From positions 10,106,001-10,170,000 of the forward strand of contig NC_043026.1 of the NCBI RefSeq assembly GCF_006345805.1: a stretch of DNA of 64,000 bases. The letters run 5' to 3'. The notes below the pieces were generated by a model that saw nothing but the letters and a program-made list of their open reading frames with translations, was not told the DNA's origin and made no database searches. The stretch's first letter is position 1. Every line of letters starts with the position of its first letter. Position numbers and translations under genes: made by a program. Origin of the DNA: Octopus sinensis. Lineage: Eukaryota. This document shows, in pieces, positions 11,902 to 23,387 of the stretch.

Positions 11902-12290
11902 GATGATGGAAGCACTCTGTCGGTTACGACGACGAGGATTCCGGTTGGTCCGATCAACGGAACAGCCTGCTCGTGAAATTAACGTGTAAGTGGCTGAGCA
12001 CTCCACAGACACGTGCACCCTTAACATAGTTCTCGGGGATATTCAGCGTGACACAGCGAGTGACAAGGCCGGCCCTTTGAAATACAGGTACAACAGAAAC
12101 AGGAAGTAAGAGTGAGAGAAAGTTGTGGTGAAAGAGTACAGCAGGGATCACCACCATCCCCTGTCGGAGCCTCGTGGAGCTTTAGGTGTTTTCGCTCAAT
12201 AAACACTCACAACGCCCGGTCTGGGAATCGAAACCGCGATCCTACGACCGCGAGTCCACTGCCCTAACCACTGGGCCATTGCGCCTCCAC
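11902..12290 (-). mobile_element. full-length tRNA-derived SINE (family A) inserted in the Helitron, with an 11-bp TSD
   Basis: Minus strand starts ggaggcgcaatggcccagtggttagg (A box) and has ggtttcgattccc (B box). TSD ttcatataatt at 11891-11901 and 12291-12301. Confidence 0.93.
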
Positions 12291-12674
12291 TTCATATAAT
12301 TATTCCAACTTAAATTAGCCACTTCAAAACACTTACCCAAAATTAAAAATCTTTAATTCGGTCTGATTCATTAACATTTTGCCAACTACATTTTACTATT
12401 TTTTCGGAGCTACACATTCACCGATTTTTCCTTGGGACTTTTTCTATTGATAATTTTCCACCATGCCTCGACAGAAAAGATCCAATATAGGTCGGCAAAC
12501 AAAAGCTGCAAAGGAAAGTAAACTTATGCGTGCAAATGAATTTGCCGAGGACGTCACCTGGAGGAACTCTCTCAATGCACTTGGAATGGCTTCGGCGCAA
12601 AGGGAAAGTGAAAAGCAGTGTTGTCATCGGTTAGCACGTATTGCTGTGCAACGAGTAACGTTCAGCATGCAGAA

Positions 12675-12900
12675 CAAGAAATGCTTCCTCTACTGCTGCT
12701 GCACAATCTGCAGAGAATGCAGCACAGTGCACTGTTCCACTTACAAGAAATGCTTCCTCTACTGCTGCTGCACGAGCTGCAGAGAATGCAGCACAGTGCA
12801 CTGTTCCACTTACAAGAGATGCTTCCTCTACTGCTGCTGCACAATCTGCAGAGAATGCAGCACAATGCGCTGTTCCACTTACAAGAGATGCTGCTGCACA
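12675..12900 (+). repeat. 69-bp minisatellite, ~3.3 copies, inside the Helitron ORF region
   Basis: Unit gaaatgcttcctctactgctgctgcacaatctgcagagaatgcagcacagtgcactgttccacttacaa, giving 23-aa repeats in several frames. Confidence 0.92.
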
Positions 12901-13062
12901 TGCTACAGAGACTACAGGGGAAAGACAACAATGCAGCGAAGGGCTTCATGACATTTCTACTCAAGGCCATGCTCCTTGCGTTGGTCAGTGACAGCATTCA
13001 GCTGCGATCCTACAATTGACTGCAATAATCACCCTGATGTTCAAATACGCTGCATGTCCACA

Positions 13063-13503
13063 TTTGGTACATCGACTGATGGTATTTACCTTCACACTAG
13101 ATCAGACGGTAAATTGTTTAAACTGTCGAGGTTGAAAGCGAAATCCAAGGTGCGCCAGGTGCTCATCAGAAAAAGGCTGTTTGCGGACGACACAGCACAC
13201 TCTGAGGAGCAAATGGGGCACCCTGTGGACAAACTCTCAAAGGCTTGTCAGGAATTCAGCCTGGCTATCAGTCTGGAGACCAACATACTGGGCCAAGGTA
13301 TCAAGTACTCCCCAACCATCACCAACTACGAGCTGGAGGTAGTCCGTGAATTCACCTACCATCTTTGATGAGCTCTCTCTGGATGCTGAGATCAGCAAGC
13401 AAATTGAACAAGCATCCTCCACATTTGCCAGGCTCACGGAGAGTCCGGGGAAACAGGAAACTGGCCCCAAACACCAAGACTGCTGTCTATAACACGTGTC
13501 CTT
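13063..13503 (+). mobile_element. degraded RTE (BovB-like) reverse-transcriptase fragment
   Basis: DGIYLHTRSDGKLFKLSRLKAKSKVRQVLIRKRLFADD...KACQEFSLAISL...LEVVREFTY contains the FADD catalytic motif. Confidence 0.88.
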
Positions 13504-13974
13504 CATCATCATCATTGTTCGACTGTGGTCGAGACTTTCATAGTCTTTTCGAATGGCTAATAATGTGTGCGCGCGCCACTACTACACACATTGGAAAGCA
13601 TTGTACAACCAAGCACTAAAGATCTTTCCTCCTCCATGAAACAAAGCTGTTCCCGCTGGACGTCAACCCAGTATTTCTAAGCTACGGACCCAGTGATTTA
13701 TTGTAAGGTTATCTCCCTAGATAGATTGCCTTCACTACGGCTAAGGAGCCCTTTCTACGTGTCCTTAGTAACTACTTTATGGTAGAGAGAGAGAGACATG
13801 GAGCCTCTACTCCAAAGAGGAGCGGTATCTCAACATCTTCCACCTTTGCAATTTAAGATGAATCTTTGGACATCAAATGAACCAACCACATCACCAACAT
13901 CAAAGTCCTCAACTGCTCCAAAATACTCAATACACGCAGCCTGCTGCAGTAGCATCATCTCTGCTGGCTCAGTC

Positions 13975-14300
13975 ATGGACATTGCATGACGGCCTGCATG
14001 GAGAATTGGCCACCAGACCCAAAAGACCCTTTGTATGGGGAATTGGGCCACCAGTACAAGAGCATGAGGATGATCTCATCTTTGTTTCAAGGACGTCTGC
14101 AGGACAGATATGAAGTCAATGGATCTGGATGTCCTGAGATGGGAGGAGATTGCAAATAAATAGCCCTCATTGGAGACAAATACTATGAAAGGGGATGAAA
14201 CATGGGGAGAAAAACAGGAACTTGCCACCAAAGAAAAGCATACTAAACAGCAGCGCTGGCAAAGAGTACCTTCAAATGCAATCACTGTATGTTTGTGACT
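13975..14300 (+). mobile_element. C-terminal piece of the same degraded RTE (BovB-like) element
   Basis: LHGELAT..., then G*SHLCFKDVCRTDMKSMDLDVLRWEEIA, matching the GRPxLRFKDVCKRDMK...W C-terminal pattern. Confidence 0.7.
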
Positions 14301-15698
14301 TCCACTCCAGCGTGTCAACAACTGACATAATTTCTTCAGGTGCAGATCCTCTTGAGACTGAGGGATGTTACAACTATATACAAGCTTCCAGGACTTGCAG
14401 ATTGGTTGAAATATCTCAGACCTTCTAGCTCTAGGCTTCAAATCACTAACTGCTAACCTATGCTGTGAAGTCCATTCTTTACCTGGGAATTACTTTGCAT
14501 TCACAAGTATCTGCCTATTCTACTTTCTAGTGAGTGTGTGGCTAATCCGGCTTGTGTGTCACCAGATTCATATGTAATCAAATGTTCATTGTTTGCTTTA
14601 TGGAAATAATTCTGAAGTTAGGGTTGACAAAAATAAGATGTGGTTGAGAATGAACAGAATCTCTTCCAAAACGTTTTTTTCTCAATTTTATGAAAATAAT
14701 CCTAATCTGGGCCCTTGAAGTTTAATTTAAAGAAACCGTTATTCAGAAACTGAATGAGGATGATCTCATCTTTGTTGACTGACAGGTGATGGTGGTTTAG
14801 AAAAAGCGCGGGCTGTAACTACGCGCCTTCAATAGTCAATTAAGGTGAGGCAGTGTCACATGACAACTTGCTGGGGCTGCCTGCTGGAGCCTATGCGGCA
14901 GGTATTTAAAGAGAAAAATTTGACGAGACAGTCAGTCACCGGCTGACGATACATCGAAGAGGCCAGGGAAGAGAAGAAAGAAGACATGCACCCAACACCA
15001 GAGCTGAAGACACCTCCAAAAGTAGGGGCCCCGCCATGTCAAAACGGTAGAGGAGTAGGGGCCGAAACCGGACGGGGTTCCTCCTGATGATGTCTTCAGC
15101 TAACTGGATCCTATAAAGAAGCTGTTGTGGCAGCAGACCATGAAACACGGTTGAATTTCCCCCAAGAAATCAGTCTGGTGTGGGGCACTAAACTATACTT
15201 ATGCCTTTGTGGTCTCTTCTGTTTTGTACTTGGGGGTCATTGTTTACGTACATATTTAACAACTTTACAAGATTCCTGTGTATGAAAAAGCCATAAAGTA
15301 AGTTATTGTATAACATATTTATTGAGTGAAGCATTTAAAAGATAAACAATGAACAAAATGTGAGGATGCGTAATTCAATAAAGAATCATGTGAAGGGTTG
15401 ACAGGAGGAGGAGTTTTGGTATAGAGGTCCTTACACCATGGAAATGAGGTGTATGAGGGGTCAAAGAAATGGGAGATGAAAATTGAAAAAACAAAATAAA
15501 GAATATTTTTGGAAATATAGTCAGAAGTTCCAATGCAAAATACACAGGAATATTAAACATATATAGTAAACAAGAAATTAGCCTTTTCTTTTCTCTTTTG
15601 TATGAATACTTTATTTTGAAAGAATGATTTACCAAAGATATAACAATGATATGCTTTCCTTCCTGCATTCAGAAAATGATTTTCTACAATGAGCAACA

Positions 15699-16781
15699 CT
15701 ATGGCTTGTCCTTTGAATGAATACGTTTATGTGCAGATAAGTTTCTATTGTCAGAGAATGATTTACCACAGATATCACAATGAAATGGTTTTTCTCCTGT
15801 ATGAATACGTTTGTGTCTAGCTAACACACTGCTGTCAGAAAATGATTTACTACACATACCACAGTGATATGGCTTCTCTCCTGTATGAATACGCTTGTGT
15901 GTAGTTAACATACTATTTTGAGAGAATGATTTACCACAGATATCACACTGATATGGTTTGTCTCCTGTATGAATACGTTTGTGTGTAGTTAAATGACTTC
16001 TGTAGGAGAATGATTTACCACAGACTTCACAGTGATATGGCCTCTCTCCTGTGTGAATACGTTTATGTGTAGTTAAATTACAACTTTGAGAAAATAATTT
16101 ACCACAGACATCACAGTGATAAGGTTTTTCCTTTGTATGAATACGTTTATGCGAAGTCAAGCCACTTCTGTCGGAGAATAATTTACCACAGATATCACAA
16201 TGATATGGTGTCTCTCCTGTATGAATACGTTTGTGTCTAATTAACAAACTATTTCGAGAGAAAGATTTACCACAGATATCACAGTGATATAGCTTCTCCT
16301 TTGTATAAATACATAAGTGTGAAGTCAAGGAATCTCTGAGAGAGAATGGCTTACCACAGATATCACACTGAAATGGTTTCTCTCCTGTATGAATACATTT
16401 GTGACTAGTTAAGTGACCACTGCTAGAGAATGAGTTACCACAAATATCACAGTGAAATGGTTTCTCTCCTGTATGAATACGATAATGTTTTGTCAAGGCA
16501 CTACTGTCAGAGAATGGTTTACCACAAATATCACAATGATACGGTTTCTCTCCGGTATGAGTTCGAGTGTGTCTAGGTATGGCACTATTGCAAGTGAAAG
16601 CTTTACCACAGATCTCACAGTGATATGGTTTTTCCCCTGTATGAATACGTCTGTGGGAAATTAGGTTACATTTTAGGGAGAAGACCTTTTTACAAATGTC
16701 ACAGTCATACGACAATTTTCTCATCTCTTTTATGTGTTCAGAAGAAATCACTTCTTCAACTTTTTCACTCTTTTCCATCAT
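15699..16781 (-). CDS. C2H2 zinc-finger protein Z1 (12 fingers, finger 5 degenerate H>Y)
   Basis: CxxC-x12-HxxxH repeats with TGEKP linkers. The track start at 16793 is TTG; the first ATG is at 16781. Upstream acceptor ctttctatatcatttcAG at 17100-17099. Confidence 0.93.
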   Translation of the reverse strand: MMEKSEKVEEVISSEHIKEMRKLSYDCDICKKVFSLKCNLISHRRIHTGEKPYHCEICGKAFTCNSAIPRHTRTHTGEKPYHCDICGKPFSDSSALTKHYRIHTGEKPFHCDICGNSFSSSGHLTSHKCIHTGEKPFQCDICGKPFSLRDSLTSHLCIYTKEKLYHCDICGKSFSRNSLLIRHKRIHTGETPYHCDICGKLFSDRSGLTSHKRIHTKEKPYHCDVCGKLFSQSCNLTTHKRIHTGERPYHCEVCGKSFSYRSHLTTHKRIHTGDKPYQCDICGKSFSQNSMLTTHKRIHTGEKPYHCGMCSKSFSDSSVLARHKRIHTGEKPFHCDICGKSFSDNRNLSAHKRIHSKDKP

Positions 16782-18867
16782 TTTCCCCTGCAAATCACAA
16801 CCTATAAATTTTTTTTCTACTTTTCTATTTGTGTTCAGTGTTACTTTTGTATAGCAACACTTAGATACACTTATCCACGTTCAATCAGCATACAAGCTCC
16901 TCTTCTTGATACTCCAGTCAGTGATGTCCAGAAATTTGGTTAATGATAGCAGCTCAGAGTAAATGTTTTACAGGGCCTTTATCTCAGAATTGTAGAAACA
17001 ATCTGATACATCTATTTTGTATAATATTTTCCTTTAGTCCTTAAAACGTGGTAGGTATTGAGGATGTTTCTTCTGTTATGCCAGTGTCATCTGATGTTCT
17101 GAAATGATATAGAAAGAGCAGTGTAAGATGTAGAGGCTACTTAAAATATAGATTCATAGACAAGCAGATAGATGAACAATGGCAGGAGTCAAAGAAAAGA
17201 AAAGTTTGTTAGTGCTCTGTCAACACGCTCAATTAGAAAATAGAGGCTTGGTTAACAAACGCATTATTATCAACACACAGAACAGGCACGACACTTAGAC
17301 AGATTACAGAGGCCACGCGCATAGTAATAGACAGACTGAGCCTTAACAGAAAACATAAATGGAACAGCCAGCACACTATGTAACATGACAACAGAATGGG
17401 AGAGAGAAAAAAAGGAAAAAAGACACAGATACAAACAGAATAATACACCCTAACCCACTTACCCACACAAAACACAAAATGTAAAAAAAACTAGCAAGGC
17501 AAAGAAGTGAGAAAATACTGTGAAAAAAACTAAATAAAGAGCAGATACAAACACTAAAGTAAGCAAACCCCTTCCCACATACACACACATGTGGGATGGA
17601 GAGTCACTGAAGAAGTCACAGAACATGTTATGAAAGATTTCTAGACAAAGGACATAAAATACGAACAATAATAAATCTGAAGTGAAGGACGAATAAATAC
17701 AGGTATACCTCACCCTACATCGTTAATCAGTTCCAGACATACTACTTTCCCGCAAGTCCCTTATTTTGGCAGTTCGGAAGGGGTGAGTCCCGCTCCAGAT
17801 GTTTTGGAAATTTTTTTTTCATATTCAATAAATGAATTAAGGTGAGTTCCTGATATGCCACAACCCCACTTTTATTTTTGTCCAGAAAACAGGTGGGGGT
17901 GGAGTGAAACTTGGAAAATTCACCCCCTCCCCAGCTTCACAGGGAAAATTTTTACACGAGGGTCAATACTTGTTGGTAAGGGTACCTTTCCAGTAGCACA
18001 CATCCTTTTAGAAATTGTAGCAAACTTCCTCTCTCCATTATATATAAATACTTGCAAACGTAATAGGTAACAGCTAACCTTCGGTCACTGTTTTGGACCC
18101 TGTTGTGTCTGTAATGGTTAAGTTAAGTACACAATAATATGAAATGTCAGAGTCAGCAGTTGTAACGATAAAAATTTGTTGTTATAATTGCATACTGTAG
18201 GATGTGAAAGATGAACAATGCATGAAGTTTTAAGGAAATATTTATTTACCATTATGTTACAATACCTTACCTCGATGGGCAGGTTATGATAAATCCAAAA
18301 GCATGCGAAGTAAAGTTTGTGTTTGTGTCCTCTTCAGTGTTTAGTAGTAAATACCGAGAGAGATAGAATGATGTTGTAAGAGAACAGAATTAGAGATAGT
18401 GAGAGTTGTAGGGTGTGGGACGTTGTCTCACAGTTGCTGACAGCAAACTTCATTTCTCCCTCTGATCAAGGTCCTAGCTGGTTAGCCAGACTTCGTACTC
18501 ATTGAGTCATCACTGAGTATCTTTTTGCTTGGGGTCTATGCTTTTATAACTATCCAGAAAGGTAGACATAGCAAGAACAATGGATTTAGTTGGTGGTCTT
18601 GTTATCTCTATTCTAGCTTTTGTTGAAGTAGAAGAGGTTAGAAAGGGTCAAGTGGTGAAGACATTATTTCAGCCTAGCTAAAGGCATCTGGAAAATGTAA
18701 AACTGCTATCAGAGAAAAACCATTGTTTCATCGTGGGAAAAGTTCTGTTGCAGAGTTAATTTAAACTTGGTTATGGTGGATTGAATCCACTTCATGCTTG
18801 CAAGATCCACTACATGTCTACCACTGATTGGTTGGTATTTGTCTCTTACTCTATCACGCACCAATAT

Positions 18868-19298
18868 GTTAGTTAGTTAGTTAATTTTTTGGCTCAAAAA
18901 GCAAAAAGCATGTAGGGGGACATGGAGTTATGTACAGGGTGGTGTTCATGTAAAGAGTTCAAGCCACTTGTGGTCAAGGGAGACTCTGAACCGAGCGGTC
19001 GTCGGCATCTTCACTATCTCGTCCGGCAGCTTATTCCACGGATCCGCAGCCCGGACGGAGAAAGCCCCTCTCCTTCGATTGAGATGAAATCGTCGCAGAT
19101 AGAGCTTTTTGGAGTGACCCCTGCTACCGACGCTCTGGAGCAGGAGTGAAGAACAGCTCTTTCAAGAGGTTACACTTTCCGCTTATGATGTTGTGAGCAA
19201 GAATGAGATCACCACGGCGTCATCGTTTTTCTAGAGAATAAAGGTCGAGCGTCTTCAGCCTTTCTTCATAAGACAAATTCTTGAGACCAATATGTAGC
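18868..19298 (-). mobile_element. CR1-like LINE 3' fragment with (TAAC)n tail
   Basis: Minus frames give GLKNLSYEERLKTLDLYSLEKR*RRGDLILAHNIISG and, after a frameshift, RRRGAFSVRVADPWNKLPDEIV. The tail reads gttagttagttag on the plus strand. Confidence 0.85.
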
Positions 19299-19552
19299 CC
19301 AACTAATCACAGCCTCCAAATAAATCACATGACACAGTCTTTTCTAAACTCCATTTGAGCCTACCACTAGCTATAAAAACTCACTTCCTTCTAGTCTGAG
19401 GTCTAACCATCATGTCTCCCACCAATGTCATCAACAACACCTACACAGTACCAACACACTGCACAGGTTCTAACATATTGTTGTTTGTGAGCTTCTCACA
19501 AGGGTTAACAGCTACTATACAACCCACACAGATGCATGTGTATATACTCTTT

Positions 19553-19773
19553 TCTCTCTTTTACTTGTTTCAGTCATTTGACTGCGGCCATGCTGGAGCA
19601 TCACCTTTAGTCGAGCAAATCGATCCTGGGACTTATTCTTTATAAGCCTAGTACTTATTCTATCGGTCTCTTTTGCCGAACCGCTAAGTTACAGGGATAT
19701 GAACACACCAGCATCGGTTGTCAAGCAATGCTAGGGGGACAAACACAGACACATACATTCATATATATATATA
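19553..19773 (-). mobile_element. 3' body of tRNA-derived SINE family B
   Basis: Reverse complement of the body in the full copy at 21937-22333 (ggtgctccagcatggccgcagtcaaatgactgaaacaagtaaaaga). Confidence 0.9.
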
Positions 19774-20770
19774 TACATATATACGACGGGCTTCTTTCAG
19801 TTTCCGTCTATCAAATCCACTCACAAGGCTTTGGTCGGCAAGTAGAAGACACTTGCCCAAGATGCCATGCAGTGGGACTGAACCCGGAACCATGTGGTTG
19901 GTAAGGAAGCTACTTACCACACAGCCACTCCTGCGCCTATATATATATACGACGGGCTTCTTTCAGTTTCCGTCTACCAAATCCACTCACAAGGCTTTGG
20001 TCGGCAAGTAGAAGACACTTGCCCAAGATGCCATGCAGTGGGACTGAACCCGGAACCATGTGGTTGGTAAGGAAGCTACTTACCACACAGCCACTCCTGC
20101 GCCTATATATATATACGACGGGCTTCTTTCAGTTTCCGTCTACCAAATCCACTCACAAGGCTTTGGTCGGCAAGTAGAAGACACTTGCCCAAGATGCCAT
20201 GCAGTGGGACTGAACCCGGAACCATGTGGTTGGTAAGCAAGCTACTTACCACACAGCCACTCCTGCGCCTATATATATATACGACGGGCTTCTTTCAGTT
20301 TCCGTCTACCAAATCCACTCACAAGGCTTTGGTCGGCAAGTAGAAGACACTTGCCCAAGATGCCATGCAGTGGGACTGAACCCGGAACCATGTGGTTGGT
20401 AAGCAAGCTACTTACCACACAGCCACTCCTGCGCCTATATATATATACGACGGGCTTCTTTCAGTTTCTGTCTACCAAATCCACTCACAAGGCTTTGGTC
20501 GGCAAGTAGAAGACACTTGCCCAAGATGCCATGCAGTGGGACTGAACCCGGAACCATGTGGTTGGTAAGCAAGCTACTTACCACACAGCCACTCCTGCGC
20601 CTATATATATATACGACGGGCTTCTTTCAGTTTCCGTCTACCAAATCCACTCACAAGGCTTTGGTCGGCAAGTAGAAGACACTTGCCCAAGATGCCATGC
20701 AGTGGGACTGAACCCAGAACCATATGGTTGGTAAGCAAGCTACTTACCACACAGCCACTCCTGCGCCTAT
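19774..20770 (-). repeat. tandem array of six 166-bp units, each the tRNA-like head of SINE family B
   Basis: ctgcgcctat recurs at 19931, 20097, 20263, 20429, 20595 and 20761. Each unit has tggctgtgtggt (A box) and gggttcagtccc (B box) on the minus strand. Confidence 0.96.
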
Positions 20771-20864
20771 GAATAAATGAATAAATGTCCATCAACCATT
20801 TCCATTTATCATTCTCTGTGTATATATGTGAGGCCCGCATTGAAGACACTTACAGTTACAGCCT

Positions 20865-21409
20865 TCATCATCATCATCATCATTTAACGCCCGCTTTCCA
20901 TGCTAGCATGGGTTGGACGGTTCAACTGGGGTCTGGGAAGCCAGAAGGCTGCACCAGGCCCAGTCTGATCTGTCAGTGTTTCTACAGCAGGATGCCCTTC
21001 CTAACGCCAACCACTCCGTGAGTGTAGCAGGTGCTTTTTACGTGCCACTGGCACAGGTGCCAGACGAGGCTGGCAAACGGCCACGATCGGATTGGTGCAT
21101 TTTACGTGGCACCGGCACGGGGACCAGACGAAGCTGGCAAACGGCCACGATCGGATTGGTGCATTTTACGTGGCACCGGCACGGGGACCAGACGGGCGGC
21201 GCTGGCTACGGCCACGTTCGGATGGTGCCTCTTACGTGCCACAGGCACTGGTATCAGATTACGATTTTGATTTTCACTTGCCTCAACAGGTCTTCACAAG
21301 TGGAGTTTTGTGTCCCAAGAAGGAAAGGAATGCATAAGTGGGCTGGCTACATCCCAGGTGTAGGCCACGGGATTATGGCCTCACTTGTCCTGCCGGGTCT
21401 TCTCACACG
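20865..21409 (-). mobile_element. RTE 3' UTR-type repeat with (GAT)n tail
   Basis: Same terminal sequence and internal tandem unit as the copy at 10520-11110; different subfamily. Confidence 0.87.
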
Positions 21410-21936
21410 CCTTGTGTTTTATATATTCTTTAATAAGTTCCTACTAAATGAGATTACAGCCTTCTCAGTAAGTCATATTAGGTGGCTCAACCACTACCTA
21501 TCCACCATAAATAACAGCCAAATCTCCCTAGGAAACACTTCCTTTTGTACCCCACAAAAAAACTCCCTTTTTCTTTACAGAAACATCTGTTTTGGGAAAC
21601 TGAGATTCCAAATCTGAAAAAAAAAAATTGGCATTTTGAAATTCCCTTTTTGCACATCTTTTGATAAAATTTCTTACATATACGCTTCATAGAAGCCAAT
21701 TTACATGACAATAACGTTTGTTTATTTTTGTATTTCTTTGTTTCGTTTGGTCAAATGATTTCCTTTTTAGGCCTTGTGCACACACACACTCATATTGTTT
21801 CATTTTCTGTCACTGCACAAAATTTCCAACACAAATTGGAATACGATGTTGGAAACAGAATTCCAAGGTTTATTCCTTGTAAATTGCAACGATCTGCAAC
21901 ATGAAATTTTTTTGATATTTTCAAGGAATTCGTGTT

Positions 21937-22095
21937 GGAGTGGCTGTGTGGTAAGTAGCATGCTAACCGAACACATGGTTCCGGGTTCAGTCCCACTGCG
22001 TGGCATCTTGGGGAAGTGTTTTCTGCTATAGTCCCGGGTCGACCAATGCCTTGTGAGTGGATTTGGTAGACGGAAACTGAAAGAAGCCCGTCGTG

Positions 22096-22130
<35 letters not shown>

Positions 22131-22333
22131 CTGTGTTTGTCCCCCTAGCATTGCTTGACAACCGATGCTGGTGTGTTTATGTCCCCGTCACTTAGCGGTT
22201 CGGCAAAAGAGACTGATAGAATAAGTACTGGGCTTACAAAGAATAAGTCCCGGGGTCGAGTGTTGCTCGATTAAAAGGTGGTGCTCCAGCATGGCCGCAC
22301 TCAAATGGCTGAAACAAGTAAAAGAGTAAAGAG
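21937..22333 (+). mobile_element. near full-length tRNA-derived SINE family B
   Basis: A/B-box head, internal (AT)n(GT)n, and 3' end gaaacaagtaaaagagtaaagag. Confidence 0.9.
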
Positions 22334-22579
22334 AGTATGTGTATCACATAAAGATATAAGTGGGTGGGTGTCAAGAGAGCTTCTCGGAGATTTGGCTCTT
22401 ATTTCCGTACTCATAATTTTTGTAACATTCAAATTTTATTTTGTAGAAAAAAACCACTTTCAGTTATGAGAGAGAGAGAGAGAGAGAGGAAAAAAAAACA
22501 CCAATGCTGAAAGTGCATTCAAAGAGTTTATCAGCTCCAGAACTCCAGATATTTATGTTACCAAAATAAACAGTATCTT

Positions 22580-22859
22580 CTACTATAGCCTCGGGCCGAC
22601 CAATGCCTTGTGAGTGGATTTGGTGGAAGGAAACTGAAAGAAACCCGTCATAAATATATATATATATAGCATCGCTTGACAACCGATGCTGGTGTGTTTA
22701 TGTCCCCGTTACTTAGCGGTTTGGCAAAAGAGACCGATAGAATAAGTACTGGGCTTACAAAAGAATAAGTCCAGGGGTCGAGTTGCTCGATTAAAGGCGG
22801 TGCTCCAGCATGGCCGCAGTCAAATGACTGAAACAAGTAAAAGAGCAAAAGAGTAAGAG

Positions 22860-22894
<35 letters not shown>

Positions 22895-23105
22895 GTGTAT
22901 ATGTTTGTGTGTGTGTGTTTGTCCCCCCACCATCGCTTGACAACCGATGCTGGTGTGTTTACGTCCCCGTCACTTAGCGGTTCGGCAAAGAGAGACCGAT
23001 AGAATGAGTACTGGGCTTACAAAGAATAAGTCCCGGGGTCGAGTTGCTCGACTAAAGGCGGTGCTCCAGCATGGCCGCAGTCAAATGACTGAAACAAGTA
23101 AAGAG
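22580..23105 (+). mobile_element. two adjacent 5'-truncated SINE family B copies
   Basis: The body sequence occurs twice (about 22580-22860 and 22900-23105), separated by (AT)n(GT)n. Confidence 0.88.
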
Positions 23106-23387
23106 AGTGAACTTGTAATTACTTGGCAAAAACATGTTGATTGTAATGATACTTTGATGAATAAATATAGTTCCGTAGAGTTGAAATATATTGTGATGAA
23201 CTTCAGGATTCAAAAGCTTGCTTACTTTTTCCTCAACCTGATATGTATTTCTCTACTCGGCTCCGGCAGCCCACCCACACAAGACATCTCTGTCTGCTCC
23301 CCAACGTCCAAGTTATCATCACCACCATACTTCTAGTACCCCTCAAGCCTCCCCAACTTGTGTGCCCCTCTCCTTCAATTGTTACAG

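Larger units (their letters stand above)
11550..13060 (+). mobile_element. 5' part of an autonomous-type Helitron (5' terminus plus degenerate RepHel N-terminus)
   Basis: Begins tcgtttatattaaaagg after (AT)n. ORF 12463 (MPRQKRSNIGRQTK...RANE) and the downstream AFSCDPTIDCNNHPDVQI.CM resemble RepHel N-terminal motifs (MPRxxRxNIGRRT; AFxYDPxIDY). Recognised from family knowledge, not from a search. Confidence 0.7.

Noticed and set aside
11902-12290. tRNA gene (A and B boxes, cloverleaf-like head)
   Set aside because: The head continues into a ~300-nt unrelated body and is flanked by an 11-bp TSD, so it is a SINE. The same applies to the family B and C heads.
12463-13019. Cys-rich repeat protein (CCCTICRECSTVHCSTYK) as a metallothionein- or keratin-like gene
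   Set aside because: Product of a 69-bp minisatellite that is open in several frames within a Helitron relic.
18261-18320. Candidate exon 1 for Z1 (minus-strand GAG|GTAAGG donor at 18270, gcatgcga nearby)
   Set aside because: It does not match the conserved exon-1/donor sequence of the other seven loci, so evidence is too weak. The Z1 first exon remains unlocated.
19774-20770. CRISPR array (also considered for 40458-41211)
   Set aside because: Units are repeated in full with no unique spacers, no cas genes are present, and the context is eukaryotic.
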